A DNA stretch of 63,708 nucleotides. Origin: Thecamonas trahens ATCC 50062 (Eukaryota > Protista > Apusomonadida). The first letter of the stretch is position 1. Every line of letters begins with the position of its first letter. This document shows, piece by piece, positions 33,199 to 44,799 of the stretch. The translations under genes were made by a program, and so were the position numbers. The notes under the pieces are model-generated. The model searched no databases and was not told the origin of the DNA. It worked only from the letters and a program-made list of their open reading frames with translations. Location: contig NW_013657651.1 of assembly GCF_000142905.1 (NCBI RefSeq), positions 248,001-311,708 on the forward strand. Direction: 5' to 3'.

Positions 33199-36100
33199 AT
33201 GCACCAGCGATTTGTTGTTGTCGTTGTGTGTGCCGTCTCAGTCTTGACACTGAGCGGGCTGGTGAGCGGGCAAGCGCCATTGTCGCCGCCACCACCGCCG
33301 CCTTCGCCACCTCCTCACTTTCCGCAACATCCTTCCGATCCGGTTCCCACGGCCCGATTTACAAGTACCTCTGCCGAGTTTGACATCACTTTTTCAAACG
33401 CCACCGATCGCGCTGGTGCACCCGAGTCCGTCATCGACTTTGACTGCGGGATTCTCTTCTTCGACATCTCCACGCTGGGCACGAGTCCTGTCTGTCGCTT
33501 TGTCACTGACGCCCATGTCAACGTCGCGCTCGGATCAGGCGCCACCGCGATGCCCGGCGATGTGCTCTTCCTCGCTATTGAGTTCAAGGCAGCCGCACCG
33601 GCGGCCCGGCGGCGCAGGAGAGTAGAGATCCGCGGCCCGACGAGCATCACCCTCCTTGCCCCACTTTCGCCCCAGCCGCTGGTTGCAGCCCTCCTCGCAC
33701 CGCCCTCGGTCGACTCGTGTGGCACGGTTACGCTCGACGCCTCGGCATCGAGCGGCATCCGTCTCCTGTACCAGTACGCCCTTCTCTCGCCGCACAACAC
33801 GAGCGATGCGTTGGCTGTTTCGTCGGCACTCGCTGCCACCCCCAGCTCACAGTTCCAGGTCTCGCTCGCAGTTGACAGCTGGCCAGAAGGCGTACCGTAC
33901 GTCTTTCGCCTCACTGTCACCGACTGGCTGGGAGCGACTGACAACACCACCACCACAATTGTCAAGGATCCCGGCGCTCCGCAGCTCACGCTCTCCACCG
34001 CCACGGCCCTGGTCTCTTCGCGGACAGCGTTCGCGCTCTCAGTCGACGTCGCATTTGCATCGTGCTCGTCGTCGTCGACGCCGCCGATTGCCGTTGCCTG
34101 GTCGACGAGTGCCGGGCCGGACGACCCCATCACTGCCCACGGGATTCCTGCCGCAAGCAATACGCTCAACTTTCCGCCGGGTGTTCTCACTGTCGGCGGG
34201 AGCTACATCTTTGAGGTCAACGTCAACACCACCGATGGATCGGCCAAGTCGGCGTCAGCGTCAGCAACGGTGACCGTCAAGACTTCGGCGCTGGTGGCGT
34301 TTGTGGCAGGCGGCAGCAGCCAGACTTTCCACTCGAGCCTTGACGTAGTGCTTGACGGCTCGGGCTCGTACGATCCCGACGCGGCCGGCGCTCTCACGTA
34401 CCTGTGGACTTGCACGGATGTATCAGCCGGTGGTGCGTGTGTCTCCTCGCCCTCATCGATCACCTGGAACGCACCGACTCTCACCCTCCCAGCCTCACTC
34501 ATTACGGTGCCTGTCTCGGACAAGTTGTCGATATCACTGACGGTGAGCGCCGGCGCGCGTTTGAGCGTGACGACGATCACGGTCACGCGCGCCGTCCTTC
34601 CGTTCGAAAAGTACAGTTTGACGTGGCGCGATGCCGATCTTGTGCAGAACGTTAATGACTTTATGATCCTTACCGCCAACGTTGTCCCAGCCCAGGCCGG
34701 CGATGTAATCGAGTATTTGTGGGACGAAGCGAGTGGAAAGCTCAATCTGGAGGCAAACAACACGCTGGCAACGCTCACCCGCCGCGAGAATAACTTTGGC
34801 ATCCGGGCCAACGTCATGGTGCCGCAAGTCGAGTACGAGTTCCGCCTCTTCGCGCGTGTTATCCGCAACTCGGGCTCGTTACGATCTTCCCTCACGACCC
34901 GCGCCATTGCCGACGCGCTCGACAGCGGCCTCTCGTCGCGCCACGCACTCACGCGTGCGTACTGGGCCGCGCACTACCCTGGAGATCCCGCCGCACTGCT
35001 TGGCACTGGCTCCGCCCGCGGCACCAGGGCCGTCTCGCCGTACTTTCACCTTGCGTCGCACGTGGCGCGGGTCAACGCCGTCCCTGTCGGTGGCACTTTC
35101 ACGGCTGTTGGGCCACCGGCATCGGCCACGGCTGACACGCTCTTCACCTTTGTTTTTTCAGGCTGGAGCGATGGCGACGGCGACGTCATCCTCTACTCGG
35201 TGGTCCAGGAGCTGGCGTCGGGCGAGCTGCTGGAGCTAGTGCCAAAGTCGGTTGGCACCTCGCACTCGGTGTATCTTCAGCCAGGCCGACAGGCGAACAA
35301 CTACCAGGTCAGCGTGCTTGGCTATGTGACCGATGACCGCGCTGGCCGTGCCGCGCCAGTCAAAATCTCACTCCGGGTCCAGCCGTTTGCCGCATCGTCG
35401 GCAGGCGCAGGGGCGACCGCCGAAAGCCTTGTTGACGGCATCCTCTCGCGAAGCGTGGAACTGGGCAACGTCAACCAAGCGCTGCAGCTCATCTCATCGA
35501 TCTCGGACGTGGTCAACTCGGCGCCGTCGCCGACGCCGTCTGCGACGCCGGACCCGACGGCAGTCCGCGCGCGCGAGAAGCTATTTGCCGCCCTCCAGCG
35601 TGTCGCCAAGGTCAACGGAACTGCCGACGACCTGGCACGGACGTCGTCGACGCTCGGGGTAGTCCTCGGCGTGCCGCGCGAGGTGTCAGCAGCGCTGCTC
35701 GACAACTCGCTCGCGCTCACTACTCAGCTGTTCAGCTCGATAGGCGAGTCGTATGTGACCGAGGAGCAGGGCTCCGGCATCTCGCGTGCGCTGGCCGGCC
35801 TCTTTCGCGCCGCCAACGCCAACGCGTCGCTGGCGTCTGTTGGCGAGGTGACTAGCGGCGGCGACGCTGTCAGCCGCACACTGGAACTTGTACCCAAGCT
35901 GGCGCGCGCGGTCATGGCCGATGCTGTCGATGGCATGATTCCGCTGGTAGCGAGCAACGCCATGTTCCGGTTTGAGGGCCGCCAGCATGTAGCGTCGTCG
36001 CTCGGGCTCCAGGCCAACGAGACCGGCAGCACTGTTCCGTCGGGCGTGGACCTGGCGTCGGCGTGCGGGGCTATCCGGCTACCGACGTCGGCACTCACGG

Positions 36101-38160
36101 GCGCCGGCGCCCGCGAGAACGACTCGATTCGTTCCGAGTGCATTGCCTTTTCAGAGAACATCTACGCTTGGGCAGGCGGGCGAAGCGCCGATGGCAACTC
36201 GTCGCGCAAGACGTCTGGCGCGCTGGTCTCGCTCTCATATCGTGCGTCGCCGGTGGGCGCACTGAGCATTGGCGCATCGACGCCACTGGTAACCGGCGAG
36301 CTTGCGGTTACCAACAGTGCCGACGCCATCTTTATCACGGTGCCGCTGACGGCGGGCCGTGGCGAGCTGTCTGCGGCCGCCTGCCGATTCTGGGATGACA
36401 CCCGAGACGGGTGGAGCGAGGACGGATGCCAGGTTGCGTCTGTTGAGCGGGGGTGGCAGTAACGTGCGCGTGTAACCACCTAACGACGTTTGGCCTCAAC
36501 ACGCTCGACGCGTCCGACTTTGAGCGGCTGAGGAATATCAAGGACCAACCAGAGGCGCTCATTGTGGTTGTGCTTGGATGGGCGGCGCTCCTCATCGCGC
36601 TGCCGTTCCTTCATTTGGCTGACCGCAAGGACGCGCTGGCCTTGCTTCACGACCGCGATGCCGAGCACTCTGTGTTTCTACAGGCCAAGCTTGCAGCACT
36701 CAGTGGGCGCGGAGCACTGCTCAAAAAGTCGCTCAAAGACGCTGTGACGCGCAAGCATCTCTGGATGTCGCTCTTCATCAAGGCCAAGGATGATCCGTTC
36801 ACTCGGGTTTTCCGCGCTGGCGTTCTCTTTACCACCCTTGTCGCCGGCCTTGCCATGGCTGCTGCGTTCTTTAAGGACCAGTCCGACGACGAAGTGGTGA
36901 GCAGCAAAGCGCGAATCGTCGAGCTTGTTGTCTCGATCGTCATCGGAGTCGTGCTGTTTGGCCCCATCACCGCCATCACCTTTTCCTCCGCAAGGCGGCC
37001 AAAGGCACCATCTACGGCCTCTTACCCAAGGAGCGGCACTGGCTCCAGCTTCATCCCGGCAAGCGGCCGATTGATGCCGTCGGCAAGAGCCCGCCAGCTC
37101 ACATGGGCCTCGCTGAGCCGCTGCCTAGCTTGTCTGTTGACGAGCAAGAGGAGGTGAGCTCGAGCGAGGATCTGTCGCCTGTTTTGCCCTGGCGGCCGTG
37201 GTGGTACTACTGGCGAGAAAACTACGCGGGCGATGCCGGCGCCGTGCCTAGGTTTACCGGCAGTACCAGTGCCAGCACCAGTGCCAGCACGGATACGTAC
37301 TCGTCGTGGTCGAGCTCGCTTTTGGGAGCGAGCAAGCGCTGCTGATGCGGCATGCCTTGGCCATGCCGTTGTCAACCGCGACCGCAAGCTCAAGCGAGTC
37401 GATCGACTGGATTCGCGACGCGCTCGACGACGGCGTGGCGTTGATCTCGTCGTCGTCGTCCAGCAGAAGCAGTGCACAACCGCCTCCACCGCCACCGATA
37501 GTGGCGGCGGCGATGGCGCACGCAAACACACCCGAGAGCGGCCAGGGTGGCGAGAGCGGCGAAGCCGGCAAGGGCAAGCGGTGGTTCGGCATTTGCTGCT
37601 GCCGCAAAAAGTATGCACCGAGTCTGGAGGAAATGGTGGCGGCGCTGCCGCCGGCAGTTGTCGAGGCGGCTTGGAGTGACTACCACAAGATGGACCTCAA
37701 CCACGACGGGACGCTGGACGAAGAAGAGGTGGCGGTGATGATGGCGCAGCGCGGGTGGATTCTCCATGAGCGGGAGGTCTACCGGCTGATGGAGGCCATC
37801 GACACTGACCACAACGGAGTTGTCGACTTTTACGAGTACCTGGCCCTCGTTGCCATCCGGCTCCACAAGATCAAGGAGGAGGAGAAGGCGCTGCGGCACG
37901 GGAGTGTGCCGGCCTGGGGCGGCTGGCTTCTGTTTGGCGCGTTGATGATCATCTCGCTCGTGTCCTCGCTTCTGGTGATAGTGTATGGTCTCAAGTTCTC
38001 GCGGCCTGTGGTTCACTCGTGGCTCCGCACCTTTGCGTTCAACGTTGTGCTCGACACGATCTTCTTTGAGCCGCTCAAGGTCTTTACTGGCGTCCTGCTG
38101 CACATAGCGACAGTGTCTGGGGCGATGGGGCTGGCCGATGTGTTCTCGCTGTTTGGATGA
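33199..38160 (+). CDS. Polycystin-1-like protein: signal peptide, REJ/PKD, GAIN/GPS, ~5 TM, EF-hand pair, no channel domain
   Basis: Signal peptide MHQRFVVVVVCAVSVL; REJ motif VVLDGSGSYDPD..LTYLWTC; GPS CRFWD..WSEDGC...CACNHLTTF; RKHLWMSLF..DPFTRVFR; EF loops DLNHDGTLDEEE and DTDHNGVVDFYE; YGLKF...W...FFEPLKV. Four ORFs join through -1 shifts near 36451, 36982 and 37321. Confidence 0.8.
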
Positions 38161-38619
38161 TAAAAATACACATCTGCACTGCAATGCAGCACCAACTGCA
38201 ACATGTATGGGGAAAGGGGACGGGATGAAGATCGGGCATGGGGGAGGGGGTTGGGAAAGGGAGAAAAAGGGGAAAAAAGGGAAATGTGACCTGCATGTCT
38301 CATCCTCGGCTCATACCTCCAGAGGAGGTCACCGACGTTTAGCATGGATGCGGGACCTGGGAGCCTCACCCTCCCAAGGGAGGGGGCTCACCAATGACGT
38401 TCGTCCATCAAGGGCGCTGCAGACGGGATACACACCATGGCGTAATGGTGCCCCGCGTCCGTCAAGGTCCTCCGCCAGCCACTGGGACTGGGGCCAACCA
38501 AGACTGCTGCCGCTGGGCATGGCCAAAAGACGTACCCGCCGAAGCGGTGCGGTCAATCGGCTGCAATGCTGCTCAGCACGCCCACACCGACTAACCATTG
38601 TCTCGGCCACTGGCGGCGA

Positions 38620-39759
38620 ATGGCCGAACGTACCCAGGCGAGGGCTTCCGCTCGCGAAATGGGTTTCACCGACTCGGCCCTGGTGGTGGGTTACATTGCA
38701 GCCAACACCACCGTTGTCGTCCTCTCCCGCTACATACGCAAGCACCACCCAGGCATACATACCAAGGAGGCCTCCATGTTCTATGTCGAGGCCATGAAGC
38801 TGGCATGTATGACCCTATACCTCGCCGTCGTTGCCGCGCCCGTCACTGCCCGTCTGCCACCCTCCCGCCTCACCCCACGCACCGCCGGCCATCTCCTCGG
38901 CCTTGCCACGCTGCCGGCACTGCTGTACGCTGCGCAGACGTGGCTTGCTTACTGGGCCATTGCCCGTCTCGACGCCGGCGTCTACGCCGCGTTCTCGGCG
39001 CTCAAGTTTGTGGCCGCCGCACTTGCCGCGGTCGTCCTCCGCGGCGCGCGCATCTCCCGCTCGCAACTCGCCGCCCTCGCCGCCGTCTGCTGTGGTCTGG
39101 CGCTGCTGCCGACTGCGCCCCGCGCCGCGAGCCCTGTCGCCGTATCCGGTCAGCTGGCGAGCACTTCGCTCTCGTCGGCTGTTGTCGCCGCCATGATCGC
39201 CATCGCCGCAGCGTCTGCGCTTGCTGGCGCTCTCACGGCGTCGCTCCTTCGCGGCGTAGCCGGGTCGTCGCCGCTGATGGCGCGTCTTGTCCCGCCGCAT
39301 GTCTCTGCCCTCCCGCAGGCGTACAAGTCGCTTGCACTTTATGCCGGCGGTACGGTTGTCTCGGGCGTTGTGTGGGCGCTGTCTCCGCCCGGCGCAGCGA
39401 CCCGTTCGGCCCCAGATCTGGTCCCGTGGGCGCTGGCGTGGCTCTCGCTTGTAGTCCTCGCCGCCAATGGCATTCTCATCTCGCTCCTCCTTGCCCGCAT
39501 TTCGATCGTCGCCAAGTCGATGGCCGGTGCCTTTTCCGTCTTTACCATCGCCACGGCCTCGTCGCTCCTCTACGCCGACCTCGGCCCGACCGCGCCTCGG
39601 CTCGCCACCTCTGGCATTCTCATTGCCATCGCCATCTACGTCTTTCACGCCTACCCCCCTGCCTGTCATTCTCACTGCGATGCTTCTGAGGTGACCGAGC
39701 TAGTCCCTGCCCCGCTCAACTCGGACTCCGTCCGTAAGCGGTCAATCAAGCGCGACTGA
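38620..39759 (+). CDS. Nucleotide-sugar transporter (SLC35A-like, divergent)
   Basis: Motifs VEAMKL, LPALLYAAQ...LDAGVYAAFSALK, ISRSQ, ANGILISLLL...IVAKS; about 10 TM segments. Confidence 0.8.
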   Translation: MAERTQARASAREMGFTDSALVVGYIAANTTVVVLSRYIRKHHPGIHTKEASMFYVEAMKLACMTLYLAVVAAPVTARLPPSRLTPRTAGHLLGLATLPALLYAAQTWLAYWAIARLDAGVYAAFSALKFVAAALAAVVLRGARISRSQLAALAAVCCGLALLPTAPRAASPVAVSGQLASTSLSSAVVAAMIAIAAASALAGALTASLLRGVAGSSPLMARLVPPHVSALPQAYKSLALYAGGTVVSGVVWALSPPGAATRSAPDLVPWALAWLSLVVLAANGILISLLLARISIVAKSMAGAFSVFTIATASSLLYADLGPTAPRLATSGILIAIAIYVFHAYPPACHSHCDASEVTELVPAPLNSDSVRKRSIKRD

Positions 39760-39884
39760 GCCTCGCTTGTACAGGGCCTCGCCTGTGCAGAGCTTCCCAT
39801 CCGAATGGATGATGGGCTCTGCCGTCGCATGCCGACCCGATCTCATCCGTAGCCACACTGCACACCAATCATTGAACGCACCCG

Positions 39885-40089
39885 TGATGCCGAGCCGATG
39901 ATGCCGAGCCGATGATGCCGAGCCGATGATGCCGAGCCGATGGTGCCGAGCCGATGATGCCGAGCCGATGATGCCGAGCCGATGATGCCGAGCCGATGAT
40001 GCCGAGCCGATGATGCCGAGCCGATGATGCCGAGCCGATGATGCCGAGCCGATGATGCCGAGCCGATGATGCCGAGCCGATGATGCCGA
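39885..40089. repeat. 14-bp minisatellite (TGATGCCGAGCCGA) x~14.6
   Basis: Near-perfect tandem array with one variant unit (TGGTGCC...) at 39941. Confidence 0.95.
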
Positions 40090-40199
40090 CGCTGATCCCG
40101 ACCACCATCCTCCCTCCCCACCCCCCCGTCCACCCCCGTCCCCCCCTCCCCCTCCCCCACACCACTCCCGCCCACACCTCACCCTCACCCTCGCCCACC

Positions 40200-41196
40200 A
40201 TGGTACGCCCCTTCTCCTTCTCCTTGCCTCTCCTCCTCCTCCCTCCCCTCTCTCCATCCCCCTTCCCTCCCCCCCCCTCCCCCCTCCCCCCTCCCCCATC
40301 ACTGGCTCATCCTCCCTCCCTCCCTCTCCCTCCTACCACCACCACTAACCACCCCCCACCCCCACCCCCTCCCTCCCTCCCTCCCTCCCTCCCCCCCTCT
40401 CCCACCCACAGGCCGACACGGTGCAGTACCTGATGGAGAAGATGCTCCCCGAGCTGCAGGACTTCCGCATGAGGGGCTACTTCAACGAGGAAGAGATTGG
40501 GAAGATTGTGGCCACACGGAGCGACTTTGAGTACAAGCTCAAGAGGAGGGCGCCGGATCGGGTCACCTTTGTCCGCTACTTGGAGTATGAGGCCAATCTG
40601 GAGAAGCTGCGGAGGAGGAGGAGGAAGAAGGTCGGTCTGCCTTCTGGCTTCCGTTCAAAGGCAGACTCTGCTTATCTGCGTCGCGTCCACTCCATCTACA
40701 CCCGCTTGCTCCGTCGCTACCCGGGCGATGTCGACGACTGGGCCCGCTACTTTGCCTTTTGTGCCGACAATGGCGCTCACAAGCAGCTGGCAAAGGCCCA
40801 TGCTAAGGCTCTCGAGGCCCACTCGCGCAAGGCCGACTTGTGGATCCTTGCCGCACGCTTTGAGATCGCCGTCCGTCACAACATGGTCCTCGCCCGTGCC
40901 CTACTGCAGCGCGGCCTTCGCCTCAACGGCCACGACCTCAACCTGTGGATCGAGTACTTTAAGGCCGAGCTCATGTACCAGCAGAAGCTTATCGACCGCC
41001 GCCGCCTCCTAGGCCTCCCGGTCCGCCCGGTCAAGGGCACAGCCGCCGAGCCGGCTCAGCTTCTCGGCGCTGTCGCGTCGGCGCTCCACGACCAGATGGC
41101 CGAGTCGGACGGCGATAGCGACGACACAGCCGTAGGCGCTGCCGCTTCGGGCTCGGACGTCGACGACGACGATGGGTTCGACCTCACTGCGAGCGA

Positions 41197-41233
<37 letters not shown>

Positions 41234-42574
41234 AATGCCCAGCCTGCGGCGCCGGCCGCTGATGACGACGACGGCGACGCCGAGGCCATCAATGTCAACG
41301 TCTCTCTCCTTGCTTCGGCCGTCCCGCGAACCATCTTCCGCATGGCGCGGAACAAGTTTCCGGCCTCGATGGAGCTCCACCTCCGGTGCCTCGACCTCTA
41401 TCTGCGGTTCGACAACACTGAGCTCGGCATCGACGAGGTCTACGAGTCGCTAGCGGAGCGGTTTGCATCGGCGCCCGACAACGAGCACTTTGTGGCGGCA
41501 CTCAACGAGCTCGCCCGCCGCCCAATGCGGGCCTACCTTGCGGCCCGCGCCCGTCTCTCGACCGCGCCGTTTGAGCCGACGGCCTTCCAGGCCGCTTGGC
41601 TCTCTATGAGCGCCCGCTACGAGGAGATGCTCGAGGTCGCCGCCTCACCGGCCTTCCTTGAGGCGTACATGGAGACGTTGCTCTCTCTCCTCGAAACCGT
41701 CGCCGGCCACGGCGCGCTCTCGGCCTACACCGTCGCTGCGCGTGCGCTCCGTCTCGGTGCCGAGGCCGCCGCCGCAGACATGCTCACCGAGACGCTCGCC
41801 GCGCGCTGGGCCCAGCTCGCCGCTCGCCTCCCGGCCGACGTCCGCCCCGTCGGCGCGCCGTCCGCTGTTGACGCTGCTGCTGCCGGCACTGCCGCCTTTC
41901 CGTCCTCGCCGGTCCTCGCCGAGTTGCACCTGCAAGCACTCGCCGCCGCCGGCATGAGCGCGTCCGAGCTTGTGACCGCAGGCCTCGCTGCGCTGCGGCC
42001 GATCACCACCAGCCACGACACCATCCTCTCGTCGAACGGTCCGTTTAATGGCGAGCAAGCTGCGCTCCGCGCCTCGGTCCACCGGCTGTGGAGGACCGTT
42101 CTCCACGTCGCGCTGTGGAGCAAGGGCAAGGTGGCTGGCCGCGACGACGCAATTGCTGCCTCGGCCGGCGCGCTGCCGGACGGCGGCGCCGAGTGCATCG
42201 TCTTTGAGTGGGCGGTGGCCACGGGCTCGTCGACCAAGTCGATCCGCAAGGTCTACGCCGGTCTCCTTGCGCGGTCGGTCATGCAATCGCGCGCGCTCCT
42301 CGGTGCCATCATCCGCTTCGAGGCTTCGCTGCAGCGGCCGTCGATGGAGACGCTCGACCCGCTGCACGCGGCCATCACGACCTCGTTTGGAAGCCCCAAG
42401 GCGTCGCCTGACTCGGCCCACTTGCTCTGGATCGACTGGCTCCGCTCGCTGCTGCGGACCAAGGCCACACCGGCCCGCGTCACCGCCGTCTACAACAAGG
42501 CCACCCAGGCGCTCAAGAGCTCCGAAACCGAGATGGAGGCCTTCCTCGCCGCCTACCACGCCCTCAACGTCTAG
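40200..42574 (+). CDS. UTP6: U3 snoRNA-associated protein 6 (HAT repeats)
   Basis: ATG 40200-40202 is followed directly by intron 40203-40411 (GTACGC...ACAG), giving MADTVQYLMEKMLPEL. Motifs RSDFEYKL, YLEYEANLEKLR, ARALLQRGLRLN, LWIEYFKAEL. Confidence 0.9.
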
Positions 42575-44593
42575 TGTACGGCGGGTGATAGTCGGCCGTC
42601 GCGAGCTCGGCCCGCTCCAACGCGTCGGCGACCTGCCACGACGCCAGCTCGGCCGCCACGTCGATGCCGTTGGCGGCAAAGAACTCGTGCTCGAGCACCT
42701 TGTCCAGCGTGATTCGCGTCACCGGGTCTGGATCGAGCATAGCCCGCAAGAGCGCGTACTGCGGCGCCGACGCCTCGTCAGCCGGCAGGGCGTCCATCCA
42801 CGAGTAGAACTCGGACCACGGTACCTCGCCCTTGTCCTCGAGATGGAAGAGGAGCTCGCCAAAGACCACGCCGGCGGCCCAGACGTCAACTGGCCAAGAG
42901 TAGCCGACAATACCATAGTTTTTGGCAAGGCCGTGGCGTGGCGGGTCGCCAGCGTCGCCTCCGGCGGCATCGGCCGCCTCCTCGGCCACCTTCTTGGCCG
43001 CCTTGTACGCCGCGTTGATGCCCTCCATCTCGGGCGCGAGGTGGCCCTCGGTTCCGGTCATCGACGTGTGCCCGATCGCCGGATCGTGGAACGTGGAGCA
43101 GTCAAAGTCCATGAGCGTTACACGGCCAGTCAACGGCTCGTAGAACAGGTTGTCGCGCTTAAAGTCACGGTAGATGATGCCCTTGCCGTGGACGTGCGCG
43201 AGCGCGCCGAGCGCGTCGACCATGTACCGCGCGATCTGCGGGAGCTCGAGACGCGTCACAGCCTCGGAGGTGTTGCGGAACTCCATGACAAGCGCGTACG
43301 TTCCGGTCTCGACGAGCGGAACCCAGTCGACGAGCTTGTTGATTCGCGGGTGGCCTTGCACCACGGCATGGACCCGGACGTCGCGCGGGACATCCTCGCC
43401 AACCGGCGGCCGCTCGTCGGGATCGTGGTCGAGCTGCGCAATCTTAATGGCCACCAGCGCACCGGTTGCCCTCTCGCGCGCCGAGTACACCACCAGCTGG
43501 CTTTCGAGATGGATGCGCTCAATAAAGTGGAACCGGTCGCCAAGCGCAAAGATGTTTGACTCGAACGGGAACTCGTCGTCGCCGTTGCGGAAGGCGACTT
43601 GTCGCGGGCGGTGTTCTTGCGGAGCCACCGCTGCTTGGCTACGATCTTGGATGCTGGATCAACAAGCTTGAAGAGCGACGCGGCCGCGTCCCAAGGTAGC
43701 GGCGGGGGGATACGCTGCGGCTTGAGAATGAGGCCGACCGAGCCGCCGAGCGGCTCGCGCGAGATGCGCACCGTCAGCGCGTCGCCGGTCTCCGACTCTT
43801 GGATTCCGATGGCATGCTTGCGGACCTCGCCACGCTCACCCCCACGCGCACTCGGCATCTTGCGGTACTGCACATGTATCTCGCCCGACGGGTGGAGCCG
43901 GACCTGGAACGACGCCGTCTCCACGCCGAGCGACTTGGCGCCGTACTGGGCCACGCGGTCAAACTGGACGAGCCACGAGGCGGTCAAGCCCGAGCCAAAG
44001 CTACGGACAAAGACCTTGCCCGCCAGCGACAAGTCCAGATCGCACCAGTACGGCGCAAGGACCGTCCCATGCATACGATATGCCGGGAGTGATTCGGGCG
44101 AGTGCGGGACCGAGGTCGGCGAGAAGCGGCCAAAGCCAAGCAGCCCGTTGGAGCCGATGGTGACCACTCCGTGCCAAGCTGAGTACACCGGAACAGCAAA
44201 CGGAAGCGCCATTGTCACACCGTCGTCATCACGGCCCATATTCAACTCCGTCGCATTGCTGTCTTTGCTCAGATCGACCCAGGCGTAGGCCTCGGGCGAG
44301 AAGGCGTCGACCACGTAGCCGGGGCCATCGCTCACCGGCATCTCCGCCTTGCATCTCCCCATCCAGCACGTGCCAACCGCATGGCTCGCCCTCGCACTCC
44401 TCGGCGCATCCAACAGCTCATCGTTCACATCCAACCCCGCCAGCTCGCCATCAAGAACACAGGCCGGCCCGTGGAGCGGCGCGCAGCTCGCCATTTCGGT
44501 GCAGCGGACGTCGGCCGGCTGGCACCCGGCAGCGGCTGCGCCTAGGGCAAGCGCTACAACGAGGGTGACCACAAGAGAGAGTGCTGGCAGCAT
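42564..44593 (-). CDS. Signal peptide + Cys-rich/NIDO-like domain fused to an atypical Ser/Thr kinase (junction by frameshift or intron near 43600)
   Basis: MLPALSLVVTLVVALALGAAAAG; ALPFAVPVY...IGSNGLLGF...LAPYWCDL...FQVRLHPSGEIHVQY; kinase motifs VAIK, YRDFKRDN, DFD, APE, DVWAAG. The kinase frame has an upstream TGA and no ATG before subdomain V. Confidence 0.7.
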
Positions 44594-44799
44594 GGTGCTG
44601 TGGGTCGTTGGAGGTGAGGTGTGGGGTGTGGGCAAGCGGGACGGAGTCAGTGAGCGGAGGGGGGGCTGACTCGACGCAAAGCGGCCGAATCGGTCGGCGG
44701 AGCGCCAGTCGACCAGATTGGGCATGGGCTGGGGATGAAGACGTCGACTTGTTGTGCGATGCTTGGCGTGTGGTGTCTGTGATTGTTATTTACATTTAC

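Noticed and set aside
39885-40089. Possible CRISPR array
   Set aside because: Contiguous 14-bp units without unique spacers; eukaryotic context; no cas genes.
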